Source of the DNA: Candidatus Iainarchaeum sp.
Lineage (GTDB): Archaea; Iainarchaeota; Iainarchaeia; Iainarchaeales; GCA-2688035
NCBI GenBank assembly: GCA_017610205.1
Contig: JAFCCL010000008.1
Location: 29,932 to 93,931, forward strand
Reading direction: 5' to 3'
DNA: 64,000 nucleotides
The notes beneath the pieces were generated by a model, which worked only from the letters and a program-made list of their open reading frames with translations, had not been told where the DNA came from and searched no databases. The position numbers and the translations under genes are program-made. Positions 28,424-36,741 of the stretch are shown here, piece by piece; the first letter of the stretch is position 1; every line of letters starts with the position of its first letter.

Positions 28424-28807
28424 ATGAGCAAGGTAAGCGCCTGGTTTGTGAGGAAAGCCAGGGCAATTGGAAACATTTCAAAGCGGTGGAAAAAAACTCC
28501 TGAGCAAAAGGCAAGAAACCGCGTTATAAAGCTCTGTAAGGAAAAAAATGCAATAAAAATCTCTGATAATGGCGAGAAGGCCTTTAGCCGCTATTGGTAT
28601 TCATCTGCTAAGAGTTTGGCTTGGCAAATCCCATGGGCTGCCAATTACATTGCAGGGACACTTAAAAACTCCCAAAAAAGAGGTGTTGTTGGCGTAGAAG
28701 GTCTAGTTAATGGATCAATGGCTTTTATTAAGGTGGAAGATGCAATAAACGAAATTCGAGCAAGTGGAAGAGGCGTATTCTTTAGCCACCGTCAAAAGAA
28801 TTATTAA
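28424..28807 (+). CDS. Basic hypothetical protein
   Basis: ATG ORF with a TTAAATA box upstream. Confidence 0.6.
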   Translation: MSKVSAWFVRKARAIGNISKRWKKTPEQKARNRVIKLCKEKNAIKISDNGEKAFSRYWYSSAKSLAWQIPWAANYIAGTLKNSQKRGVVGVEGLVNGSMAFIKVEDAINEIRASGRGVFFSHRQKNY

Positions 28808-28890
28808 TAAAAATCAAAACAAAAAACAAAATACAACTAACTTCTACATAACATTAAATTCTTTTTGAAGATTGAAAAAAGGAAAATTAC

Positions 28891-29602
28891 TGCTCCCAAG
28901 CGACGTTCCTTACAACTCACAAGCCACGTATAACCGTTTCCTAGATAGCGTAGGGAGCGCAGGAAAGCCAAATAAGGCAAATACAGTGCAAAAGAATACT
29001 GGAATATAGCGCGAAAACGCTAGGAAACGCCTTGTACCCCCACTATGGGTCATTTAGGGCAAATAACCCTCGAGATAAAGGATAATCGTTATTATACCGA
29101 ATCTCCACGTCTAGAACTTTTCAAAAAACGCAAAAAAACACCTGTGAAAAATTGATTGGTGGAAGTGGAGGTGGCGTAATTTCTTTTCAAAGGTAGGGCA
29201 AAGAGCAATCTGTTATGTAGAAGTAAGAGTCGATATTTAATGTCTGCTTCTTCTAAAACCATTGTTGCAGCGAGAATCGCTGCCTGTGTTCTAACATAGG
29301 CCAACCTCCTCTTTTTATGCAACCCAATAAAGCGCCAATAGTTCTTTTGTGTTCTGTTATACTTCGTCCTCTTCCCAATAATTCTGGCTGGTTGCAGAGC
29401 ACAGCGTAAGACTGGCTGCAAAGCCTTCTTGCAATAACTTTTGTGCCCTTATTTGCACAAGGGGGGGATCTTTTCTTCTTAGATTCTCGATTCCTTTAGC
29501 CGGTCTTTTTGCTGTCTCCAAAAAACTGTCCCTGGCCTGTTACATCCTTTGCACGTTTTCCCCTCAAAAAATTGGCCATATTCAATTTACGCTATGGGAG
29601 CG
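28891..29602 (+). ncRNA. Candidate large structured non-coding RNA (about 710 nt), family unrecognised
   Basis: The ends pair (28891-28902 with 29590-29602); more than 12 internal helices, many needing G-U pairs on the + strand; upstream TTAAAT and downstream T-tract. Confidence 0.65.
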
Positions 29603-29724
29603 TTAAAATCTTTATTTTTTAGGCACAAACAACAATATGTTATGTAGCATTTAACTACATAATCTATTTGTTTTTTGACAATTCACTGTCTTTAAACCAC
29701 TGCATAATACAAACTTTTTTTAAA

Positions 29725-29916
29725 GCCTGTTGGAGATGAAGCCACTACTGACGGCATAAGCCCAAAGCAAGGCTGATTAGGATGCCTTTTTCTGGCTTAC
29801 AAAGTGGGATGTACTTAACGCGCAAAAAAAACTTTAAAAAATGAGAACACGTCTGTATGCGCAAAGAAACAATCCCCCACAAAATTAATTATGTAGACTT
29901 TGGGCTCTTTTTTTTT
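29725..29916 (+). ncRNA. Candidate second structured RNA (about 190 nt); strand uncertain
   Basis: Nested helices AAGCCA/TGGCTT, GGCAT/ATGCC, AGCC/GGCT, GTGGG/CCCAC, GCGCA/TGCGC; long-range AGCCCAAAG/CTTTGGGCT; ends in a T-tract. Confidence 0.45.
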
Positions 29917-30583
29917 ATTTTTTCTTCTTCGTTTTCTTTTTCTTCTTTGCTTCCCTTATTGTTCTTCCGCCTGCTCTTGCTTTTTTCTTTTGCCTTGTTG
30001 CTCTTTGCATCCCTCTAATTGATCTAGCTGAACCAAGCCTTACAGCCCCTTCTCCTCTTGAACTTCCTTTCTTCGCTGTTTTTCCTTTAGAAACCCTTCT
30101 TACAATAAGTTCTTCGCTAATTACTTTTTCCTTAGGGGTTTTCCAGTATCCTTTTTTTACCAATATCTCTCTTTGGGTTGATCCCCGCCCAGTTCTCTGT
30201 TCCATGGGAATTGTCTCATGCCTATATTCTGCTTCAACGTAAACTGGTTTTCCAGGTTCCCGAATTATTTTCCTCCCTGTCACAGTGTACCTGCTTGCCT
30301 TTCCTGGTTTTATTGTTCCATCCGGTCTCCTTGTTCCAACCGCTATGCTGAGCCTTGGTTGTTCATACCCAAATGTCTCTTTGAAAGCTTTTCTTTCAGA
30401 TACTCTTTGTGGTCTTGTCCTTGTCAATCCTGCCTTTTTCAGGGCTGCCTTCAATTTTGCCCTTTGAGTTACAGTTGGCTGTTTTGACCCCTTTTTTCCC
30501 GCTCTTTTCCGCATTGTATCCCATTCTTTATTGTGTTGTTTCCTTTTTTTAAGCTTTGCAACGTCGACTGTTCTTCTCTTCAT
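29915..30583 (-). CDS. Extremely K/R-rich hypothetical protein
   Basis: AGGTGG RBS; basic, low-complexity termini flanking a beta-rich core. Confidence 0.75.
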   Translation of the reverse strand: MKRRTVDVAKLKKRKQHNKEWDTMRKRAGKKGSKQPTVTQRAKLKAALKKAGLTRTRPQRVSERKAFKETFGYEQPRLSIAVGTRRPDGTIKPGKASRYTVTGRKIIREPGKPVYVEAEYRHETIPMEQRTGRGSTQREILVKKGYWKTPKEKVISEELIVRRVSKGKTAKKGSSRGEGAVRLGSARSIRGMQRATRQKKKARAGGRTIREAKKKKKTKKKK

Positions 30584-30712
30584 TTTTCCACCTTTTCAAT
30601 TAATTTATTATCTTTCCTTCCTTTTAATTCTTTGTTATTTTTTCTTAGTTTAAAAAGAATTTTTTTTTTAATCTTAATAATTTAAATACCAATTAAGTCT
30701 TATATATAGCAA

Positions 30713-33283
30713 ATGAATTCAAAAATTGGAATTGCTGCAACAATTATTGTTATTGCTTTGGCGGCATTTGTTTTGTTTTATCCGCAGGTTTTTCAGGATG
30801 AAAACCAAGCAGGGTTTTTTACGCTTTACTTTGCTGATTGTGGTGATGGTGATTGTTCGCCATCTGAAGACTATGAAAGCTGTTCGCAAGACTGTTGTTC
30901 AACTGTTTGTAACAATTTTTGTGAAAGTTCTTTTTGCTTTGAAATTGATCCAGACTGTGATATTTTGGGAAATGCGACAGGTGAATGTTGTGGAAATGGT
31001 GTTTGTGAGGGAACAGATGATTGTATAACCTGTCCGGCAGATTGTCCTGGAAGCGTTGTTTGCAGTGTTGATGGTGATTGTCCTGATGATGGTAATTCTT
31101 TGACTGTTGAGACTTGTTCTAATCCTGGTGCTTGTGATTCTTCTTGTTCTAGTGTTCCTTGTGTTGTTGAGTGTAGTGTTGATGGTGATTGTCCTGATGA
31201 TGGTAATTCTTTGACTGTTGAGATTTGTTCTGATGGTGATACCTGTGCTGCTGCCTGTTCTTTGACTGTTGAGATTTGTTCTGATGGTGATACCTGTGCT
31301 GCTGCCTGTTCTAGTGTTCCTTGTGTTGTTGAGTGTAGTGTTGATGGTGATTGTCCTGATGATGCTAATGTAATGACTGTAGATACTTGTACAAATCCTG
31401 CCACCTGTGCTGCAAACTGTGTTTACACGCCTATTGGTTGCAGTATTGCCTGCAGTTCAAATACTGATTGTGATGACAGCAATCCACTTACTGTTAACAC
31501 ATGCTCTTCTCCAGGAACTTGTGATTCTGCCTGCGAATTTCCGCTGTGTGATATTGAATGCAGTGTTGACACAGATTGTGATGATTTAAATTCTTTTACT
31601 TCTGATACCTGCAGCAATCCGGCGACTTGCAGTGCTGATTGCTCTTATTCTGCCTGCACTCCTGCGTGCTTTTCAAGTACTGATTGTGATGACGGGCTTT
31701 CCAATACTGTTGATACCTGCAATGGTGCAGGAACATGTGATGCAAACTGCAGCTCTGAAGTTTGCACACCCTCTTGTTTTAGTGATTTAGATTGTGATGA
31801 TGGCAACCCGGCCACTTTTGGAATGTGTATTCATCCCGGCGCATGTGGTGCCCATTGTGTTGATGACTTTTGTACAATTGAGTGCAATAGCAATGTTGAA
31901 TGTAATGATTCGGATTCTTTAACAACTGATACTTGTTCAGATCCAGGAACCTGTGAGTCTGCTTGCTCAAACACCTCTTGTACAATTGCCTGTTCTTCCA
32001 ATTCTGATTGTGACGATTCCAATCCTTTAACAGCTGACGTTTGTGACAATCCAGGTACTTGTGCAGCAAGTTGCAGCCATCCACAGGAAGATTTTCTGCT
32101 TTCCTTTGAGTTTCCATCAAGCTTTGATGAGGGTTTTGAAAGGGGCAATGTTGTTGACTTGAATGTTTTTATAGAGGATAATGAAGGTAATCCAGTTAAT
32201 GAGGCTTCTTTTACTTTGACAGATTCTGAGGGAAACGAGGTTGAGCTTGAGGGCATTGGGGGTGGCAATTATGTTGGAAAATATACAATTCCTATTAATT
32301 TTCCTGTTGGAGAGCACACTTTTTCATTTTTTGCTGTAAAGGTTGACGATTCCGGTTCTGAAAAGTTTGGTTATGAGGAAATTGTGCGCGATGTAAATAC
32401 CGGAAAAATAATTGCTGTTTTGCTTGAGCCTTCTGTTGCAAAAGCCATTCCTGGTAAAAAAACAGAGATAAAGTTCAAAGTTGTTTACGGCAACAATGAT
32501 TCTGTTGAGGATGCAAATGTTTCTGCTGAAATAAACGGCGTTCAAATTCCTTTAACTTATTCAAACAATGTATTTTCAGGTCATTATCTTTTCTCAGATT
32601 CGGATTTGGAAGAAGCTTCTCTTGTAATTTCAGCTAATGATTCTGCTGGAAACAGTGGGACAACAACAATTCCATTTTCAGTAGAGCAGCCATTTTCTCT
32701 TTCCGCAATTCTTGCAGTACTTGCACTTATTGTAGCTGCTGTAATTACAGTTTATGGTTTAAAGCGAACACACAGGCTTTCAAAGCTTTTGCACAAGATT
32801 GAGCGAATAAAGGGCGCTACAAGGGCTGCAAAATTACAGCATTCAATTGCAAAAGAAAAAGGCCAGAGAAAAAAGCTTGCAAAAAAAATTATTCAGCAGG
32901 AAAAAGACCTTGTAAAAGCAAAACAAGAAGTTGAGGTTGAAAGAAGAAAACAGGCTTTTGCTGTAAAAAGAATGCCAATTGAGTCAAAGTATGCGGCCCA
33001 TGGGGCAAGTGTTGGTATTATTTCTAAGGTAAAGAAAATCTTTTCAAAAACTTCTAAGAAAACAAAAGGCCAAAAACAGGTTGAAAAGGCAAAAGGGCAA
33101 TCGCAGACTGAAAAAAGGGTTGGAGAAATTGACACAGAAGTTTCAGGCCTGAAGGAAAAAATGAAAAATCTTGAAGCAGAGTTCTTTAAGCAGACAATTA
33201 AAGAGGATTTTTTCAGAAAAAAGCTTTTTGACTACAGGGAAAAAATGCACCTGCTTGAATTGGAAAAAAAGAAAATTGAATAA
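30713..33283 (+). CDS. Cell-surface protein: Cys/Asp-rich repeats, Ig-like domains, TM, C-terminal coiled coil
   Basis: N-terminal signal/anchor; about nine CSxxxDCxDxNxxTxDTCxNPxTC repeats; TM near aa 660-685; K/E-rich tail. Confidence 0.85.
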   Translation: MNSKIGIAATIIVIALAAFVLFYPQVFQDENQAGFFTLYFADCGDGDCSPSEDYESCSQDCCSTVCNNFCESSFCFEIDPDCDILGNATGECCGNGVCEGTDDCITCPADCPGSVVCSVDGDCPDDGNSLTVETCSNPGACDSSCSSVPCVVECSVDGDCPDDGNSLTVEICSDGDTCAAACSLTVEICSDGDTCAAACSSVPCVVECSVDGDCPDDANVMTVDTCTNPATCAANCVYTPIGCSIACSSNTDCDDSNPLTVNTCSSPGTCDSACEFPLCDIECSVDTDCDDLNSFTSDTCSNPATCSADCSYSACTPACFSSTDCDDGLSNTVDTCNGAGTCDANCSSEVCTPSCFSDLDCDDGNPATFGMCIHPGACGAHCVDDFCTIECNSNVECNDSDSLTTDTCSDPGTCESACSNTSCTIACSSNSDCDDSNPLTADVCDNPGTCAASCSHPQEDFLLSFEFPSSFDEGFERGNVVDLNVFIEDNEGNPVNEASFTLTDSEGNEVELEGIGGGNYVGKYTIPINFPVGEHTFSFFAVKVDDSGSEKFGYEEIVRDVNTGKIIAVLLEPSVAKAIPGKKTEIKFKVVYGNNDSVEDANVSAEINGVQIPLTYSNNVFSGHYLFSDSDLEEASLVISANDSAGNSGTTTIPFSVEQPFSLSAILAVLALIVAAVITVYGLKRTHRLSKLLHKIERIKGATRAAKLQHSIAKEKGQRKKLAKKIIQQEKDLVKAKQEVEVERRKQAFAVKRMPIESKYAAHGASVGIISKVKKIFSKTSKKTKGQKQVEKAKGQSQTEKRVGEIDTEVSGLKEKMKNLEAEFFKQTIKEDFFRKKLFDYREKMHLLELEKKKIE
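31210..31311 (+). repeat. Perfect 51-bp tandem duplication inside the Cys-repeat gene
   Basis: TTTGACTGTTGAGATTTGTTCTGATGGTGATACCTGTGCTGCTGCCTGTTC x2 (LTVEICSDGDTCAAACS x2). Confidence 0.9.
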
Positions 33284-33297
33284 GGTTTTGAAATTTC

Positions 33298-33654
33298 TTA
33301 CTCTTCAACGCTTACTTTTAAGACTCTATTGTGCTTTTTCTTCACGTAATTAAAGCCCTGGTAGTGTTCAAGAACAACAAGGCTTATTGCCTGTTCTCCA
33401 ATCCTTGCAGCCTGCTTTGGCCAAATATCATAATAGGATTTTTTAATGTCACCTGGTTTAAACTCAGGAATTTTCACTACTGCTGTAGTCTTAAATCCTG
33501 TTTTTTCGAAACTGAATTGCTGTCCAAGATTAAGTTCAAACGAAACAATTTCTGTTTCTGCTCCATCATTTTCAATTTCTATACAAAGCGAAATAGGCTC
33601 ACGCCTGCTAATCTTCATTTTGAAAGGCGTAAAACTTGTTCTTATATCAAGCAT
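33298..33654 (-). CDS. Hypothetical protein, Ig-like beta-sandwich
   Basis: ISLCIEIENDG...FKPGDIKKSYYDIWP pattern. Confidence 0.65.
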   Translation of the reverse strand: MLDIRTSFTPFKMKISRREPISLCIEIENDGAETEIVSFELNLGQQFSFEKTGFKTTAVVKIPEFKPGDIKKSYYDIWPKQAARIGEQAISLVVLEHYQGFNYVKKKHNRVLKVSVEE

Positions 33655-33840
33655 AAAACATTTTCATTCTGAAATGGTTAAAAAACATTGTTTTTTTACC
33701 AAAAGCCTTAAATACTACTTTGCAATATTCTTCTAGCAAAGGAAAGATTGTTTTTCCTAAAACTGGTTGCTGCCCTGTGCAACAATCTTTTTCTTTAGGA
33801 AAAATTTTGTTTCTTATAGTAATTATGTATAAGTGGTCAT

Positions 33841-34314
33841 GTGGTGTATCATCCTGAATCAGAACTTGTTAGAAAATCTTTTACTGTAAAGAAGATGGAT
33901 TTCCCGCCTTCTGTTCAGTTAACAAAGCGTTCAATGCTTAGGTGGTTTGCAATAAGTTTTGGTTTGCTTTCAGAGCAGGAGTCCAGGGATACTGTGCTTA
34001 ATGTTTTGGATTCCTTGTTTTATTTTTTGCTTTCCAAGAAGCAGAATCCTTCAACAATTGAATTGCAAACCTATATTTCTGACAAGTATGGTAAGAAAAT
34101 AAGCGAAAAATTGCTTCGCTATCATTTAAACAGGCTTATTGCATCTGAATTTGTGCAGAGGAAGCGGAACAGGTATTTCTTAAACAACAACCCTTTCTCT
34201 GAGCCTGATAACCTTGTTGAAAGCTTTAATTACTGGGTTAAAAAACCAGTAAATGAAAGCCTTGACGGAATTGGTCTTGTTTTGGAAAAAATTGTATCAA
34301 ATTACAAAAAGTAA
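33841..34314 (+). CDS. Winged-HTH DNA-binding protein
   Basis: ISEKLLRYHLNRLIASEFVQRKRNRYFL is an ArsR-like wHTH. Confidence 0.75.
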   Translation: MVYHPESELVRKSFTVKKMDFPPSVQLTKRSMLRWFAISFGLLSEQESRDTVLNVLDSLFYFLLSKKQNPSTIELQTYISDKYGKKISEKLLRYHLNRLIASEFVQRKRNRYFLNNNPFSEPDNLVESFNYWVKKPVNESLDGIGLVLEKIVSNYKK

Positions 34315-34442
34315 TTCGGTAAATTTTTGCTGTTCCAATGTTCAAAAAGTAATTTTCTAATTAAGTAATTTTTTCAAGCATTCAAAATTACAAAAAGCAA
34401 TAAGTAATTTTTTTTATATTTTCAACTTACAAAAAAGTAATT
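34300..34442. repeat. Cluster of degenerate AATTAC-A5-GTAATT dyads
   Basis: Full or partial copies at 34300, 34341, 34359, 34386, 34402 and 34426. Confidence 0.65.
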
Positions 34443-34462
34443 CTTCAATTAAGCATTTTTTT

Positions 34463-35920
34463 TTACCCTTTTGAGATGTTGTATAATTCAAGGAACGGCT
34501 TTGTTTCCAGTGGCTTTTTTCCGTGCTGTGAAAACATTTGTTCTGCAATTGTTATTCTTCTAATTTCGGCTATGTTTTTTGCAGCGGTGTCAAATCTTGT
34601 TCTTTCAACCTGGCTTTTGTGCATTTTTACTGCGTTGAGTTTTTTTCTCATTGTCTTTTCTGAGAACTGAAAGCAGGCGTTGAATTTTTTGTATCCAAAC
34701 ATTGCCCATGGTGTTTCATAGGCCCAGAGTTCTACGTTGTGTGGTATTGAGGCAACCGCTGTTTTTCTTGCAAGAATGTGTGTTGGGTGTGTGTCAAACC
34801 TTTGTGGTACAAAAACAATGTCTGGCTTTATTTTTTTCATAAGTTTTCTTATTTTTTTAATATCGCGTTCCATAATGTCTTTGCCGTTGTCGTAGAAAGT
34901 GTTTTGTAAAAAGATTGGCTTTGTTCCAAGAATTCTTGTCTCTGCTCTGGTTTCCTTTTCTCTTGCAAAAATTCTTTGATTTTTTGTTTTTCCTCCGTTA
35001 ATTGCCCTGTGTCCTGTTGTCATAATTATTTCAAACACTTTATTTTTTTCTGCAAGGCTTGAGAGAATTGCTCCTGCTGAAATGCTTGCATCGTCAGGGT
35101 GTGGTGAAAAGAATGCAATTTTTTTTCCTTTTGGAAGATTGAAATCCGAGTAAATTTTAATTCCGTTTATTAATGGCGGGTCATTATCTTTTTTTTTAAG
35201 CATTGAAGCAGCCTCTTTGTTCAAAACAAATACTGTATTTTTGTGCCTTTGCAGAATTGAAGCAGGAACCTTTTCAGAAACCTTTCCTTCCAATGCTTCT
35301 TTTACTGCCTTTGCCTTATTTTTTCCAAATGCCAGAACAATTACCTTTTTTGCCTGCATAATGGTTTTCAATCCTGCTGTAATTGCCTTTTTTGGAACCT
35401 GTTTTTCTGATTTGAAGAAACGGCTGTTTGCCTTAATTGTTGATTTTGTCAGTTCTGCTACGTGGGTTTTTGATTCAAAGCTTGTGCCTGGTTCATTAAA
35501 TCCAATGTGCCCATTTTGCCCAATGCCCAGAACTGCAATATCCAAACCTGCTTTTTTTATTTTTTTCTCGTAGGCCTTGCAGAATTTTTCAGTGTTCTTT
35601 GGATTTGGTTCCGGAATTGAAACATTTTTTCTGTTTATGTCTATTTTTCCAAAAAAGTTTTCCCACATAAACCTGTGATAGCTTTGCTTGTGGGTTTTTG
35701 AAATTCCAAGGTATTCGTCCAAATTAAAGGTAATTGCCTTTGAGAAAGAAATCTTTCCTGATTCAACTATTTCTGCAAGCAAAGAGTAGAGCTTTAATGG
35801 TGTGCTTCCTGTTGGCAGCATAAAAACAGAATTGGGCTTTTTCTCCAATTGCCGAAAAACAATGTCTGCAGCATGCCTGCTTGCCATGTCTGAATTTTCT
35901 GCAACAATTGTTTGAATCAT
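34463..35920 (-). CDS. nagB: Glucosamine-6-phosphate deaminase fused to a PIG-L/LmbE deacetylase domain
   Basis: LPTGSTP, FNLDEY, LGIGQNGHIGFNEPG, PASILQRH, then FSPHPDD, REKE, DTHPTH, YETPW. Confidence 0.92.
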   Translation of the reverse strand: MIQTIVAENSDMASRHAADIVFRQLEKKPNSVFMLPTGSTPLKLYSLLAEIVESGKISFSKAITFNLDEYLGISKTHKQSYHRFMWENFFGKIDINRKNVSIPEPNPKNTEKFCKAYEKKIKKAGLDIAVLGIGQNGHIGFNEPGTSFESKTHVAELTKSTIKANSRFFKSEKQVPKKAITAGLKTIMQAKKVIVLAFGKNKAKAVKEALEGKVSEKVPASILQRHKNTVFVLNKEAASMLKKKDNDPPLINGIKIYSDFNLPKGKKIAFFSPHPDDASISAGAILSSLAEKNKVFEIIMTTGHRAINGGKTKNQRIFAREKETRAETRILGTKPIFLQNTFYDNGKDIMERDIKKIRKLMKKIKPDIVFVPQRFDTHPTHILARKTAVASIPHNVELWAYETPWAMFGYKKFNACFQFSEKTMRKKLNAVKMHKSQVERTRFDTAAKNIAEIRRITIAEQMFSQHGKKPLETKPFLELYNISKG

Positions 35921-35973
35921 TAACTAAAATAGGTATAACTAGTTTAAATTCCTTTCAGTACATTAATCGTTTC

Positions 35974-36741
35974 ATGTCAAACTTTGCAATAATCGCCTCA
36001 AAGCAAAATATTGCCAGTATAAACATTTCCTCCTTTCTAAAAGAGCTTCCCAACAACCTGTCCCTGCATTTCTTCAACGAACACATTTGCTTCATTGACA
36101 AAGCTGATTCAATTGACGCAGATGCCCTAATTTTTGCTTCCTCTCACACCTCTTCTTCTGGCAAGCCAACTCTTTCAACACACGCTGTTGGCAATTGGAA
36201 CAAGGCAGAATTGGGCGGAAAGGATTCCGAATTGGTTCCTTCTAATTCTTCTTTGCTAAAAAATTATCTTTTGGGATTGCAGAAAAAGAAGGAAGAATTT
36301 GCTTTAGACTATGAAATTTGCCTTGAAGCCACCCACCATGGTCCTTGGGCAACAAAACCAATTACTTTTATTGAATTAGGAAGCGGTGAACTTCAATGGA
36401 AGGATTTGAAGGCAGCAAAAGCTGTTGCAGACGTTGTCCTTGAATCCACTTCAGTTGAAGGAAAATTCAAATCAGCAATTGCTTTGGGTGGTGGACACTA
36501 CTGCCCTGAGTTTACAAAGCTTGTTCTCAGAACTGAGTGGGCTCTTGGTCACATCTGCCCTGGTTACGCCTTGCCTTTCTTTAACGAAAAAATGCTTAAC
36601 AAAGCTCTTGCTGCAACCTTTCCAAAACCAGAGGCAATAATCCTTGACTGGAAAGGTTTGGGTAAGGAAAAAGCGCGCATTAAAGAGCTCCTCGACAACC
36701 AGTCTCTTCCTGTGCTTAGGGCAAGAAAGCTTTTGCACTAG
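35974..36741 (+). CDS. dtdA: D-aminoacyl-tRNA deacylase (archaeal DTD2/GEK1)
   Basis: FASSH, LSTHAVGN, EATHHGP, FIELGS, LGGGHY, GHICP, ILDWKG. Confidence 0.93.
   Translation: MSNFAIIASKQNIASINISSFLKELPNNLSLHFFNEHICFIDKADSIDADALIFASSHTSSSGKPTLSTHAVGNWNKAELGGKDSELVPSNSSLLKNYLLGLQKKKEEFALDYEICLEATHHGPWATKPITFIELGSGELQWKDLKAAKAVADVVLESTSVEGKFKSAIALGGGHYCPEFTKLVLRTEWALGHICPGYALPFFNEKMLNKALAATFPKPEAIILDWKGLGKEKARIKELLDNQSLPVLRARKLLH

Noticed and set aside
29092-29421. 109-aa minus-strand ORF
   Set aside because: TTG start, no RBS, no recognisable protein pattern; it lies antisense to the helical region.
28891-29602. RNase P RNA, SRP RNA or a group I/II intron as the identity of the large RNA
   Set aside because: No GAGGAAxxUC/ACAGAA P4 pair, no SRP helix-8 motif, no group II GUGYG/domain V, no convincing group I P7 core or flanking exons by eye. 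A divergent member cannot be excluded without cmscan.
29731-29790. Fluoride riboswitch (GGAGATG...GCTGAT...ATGCC)
   Set aside because: It lacks the CTCC partner strand of P1 and the correct spacing, and there is no downstream sense gene.
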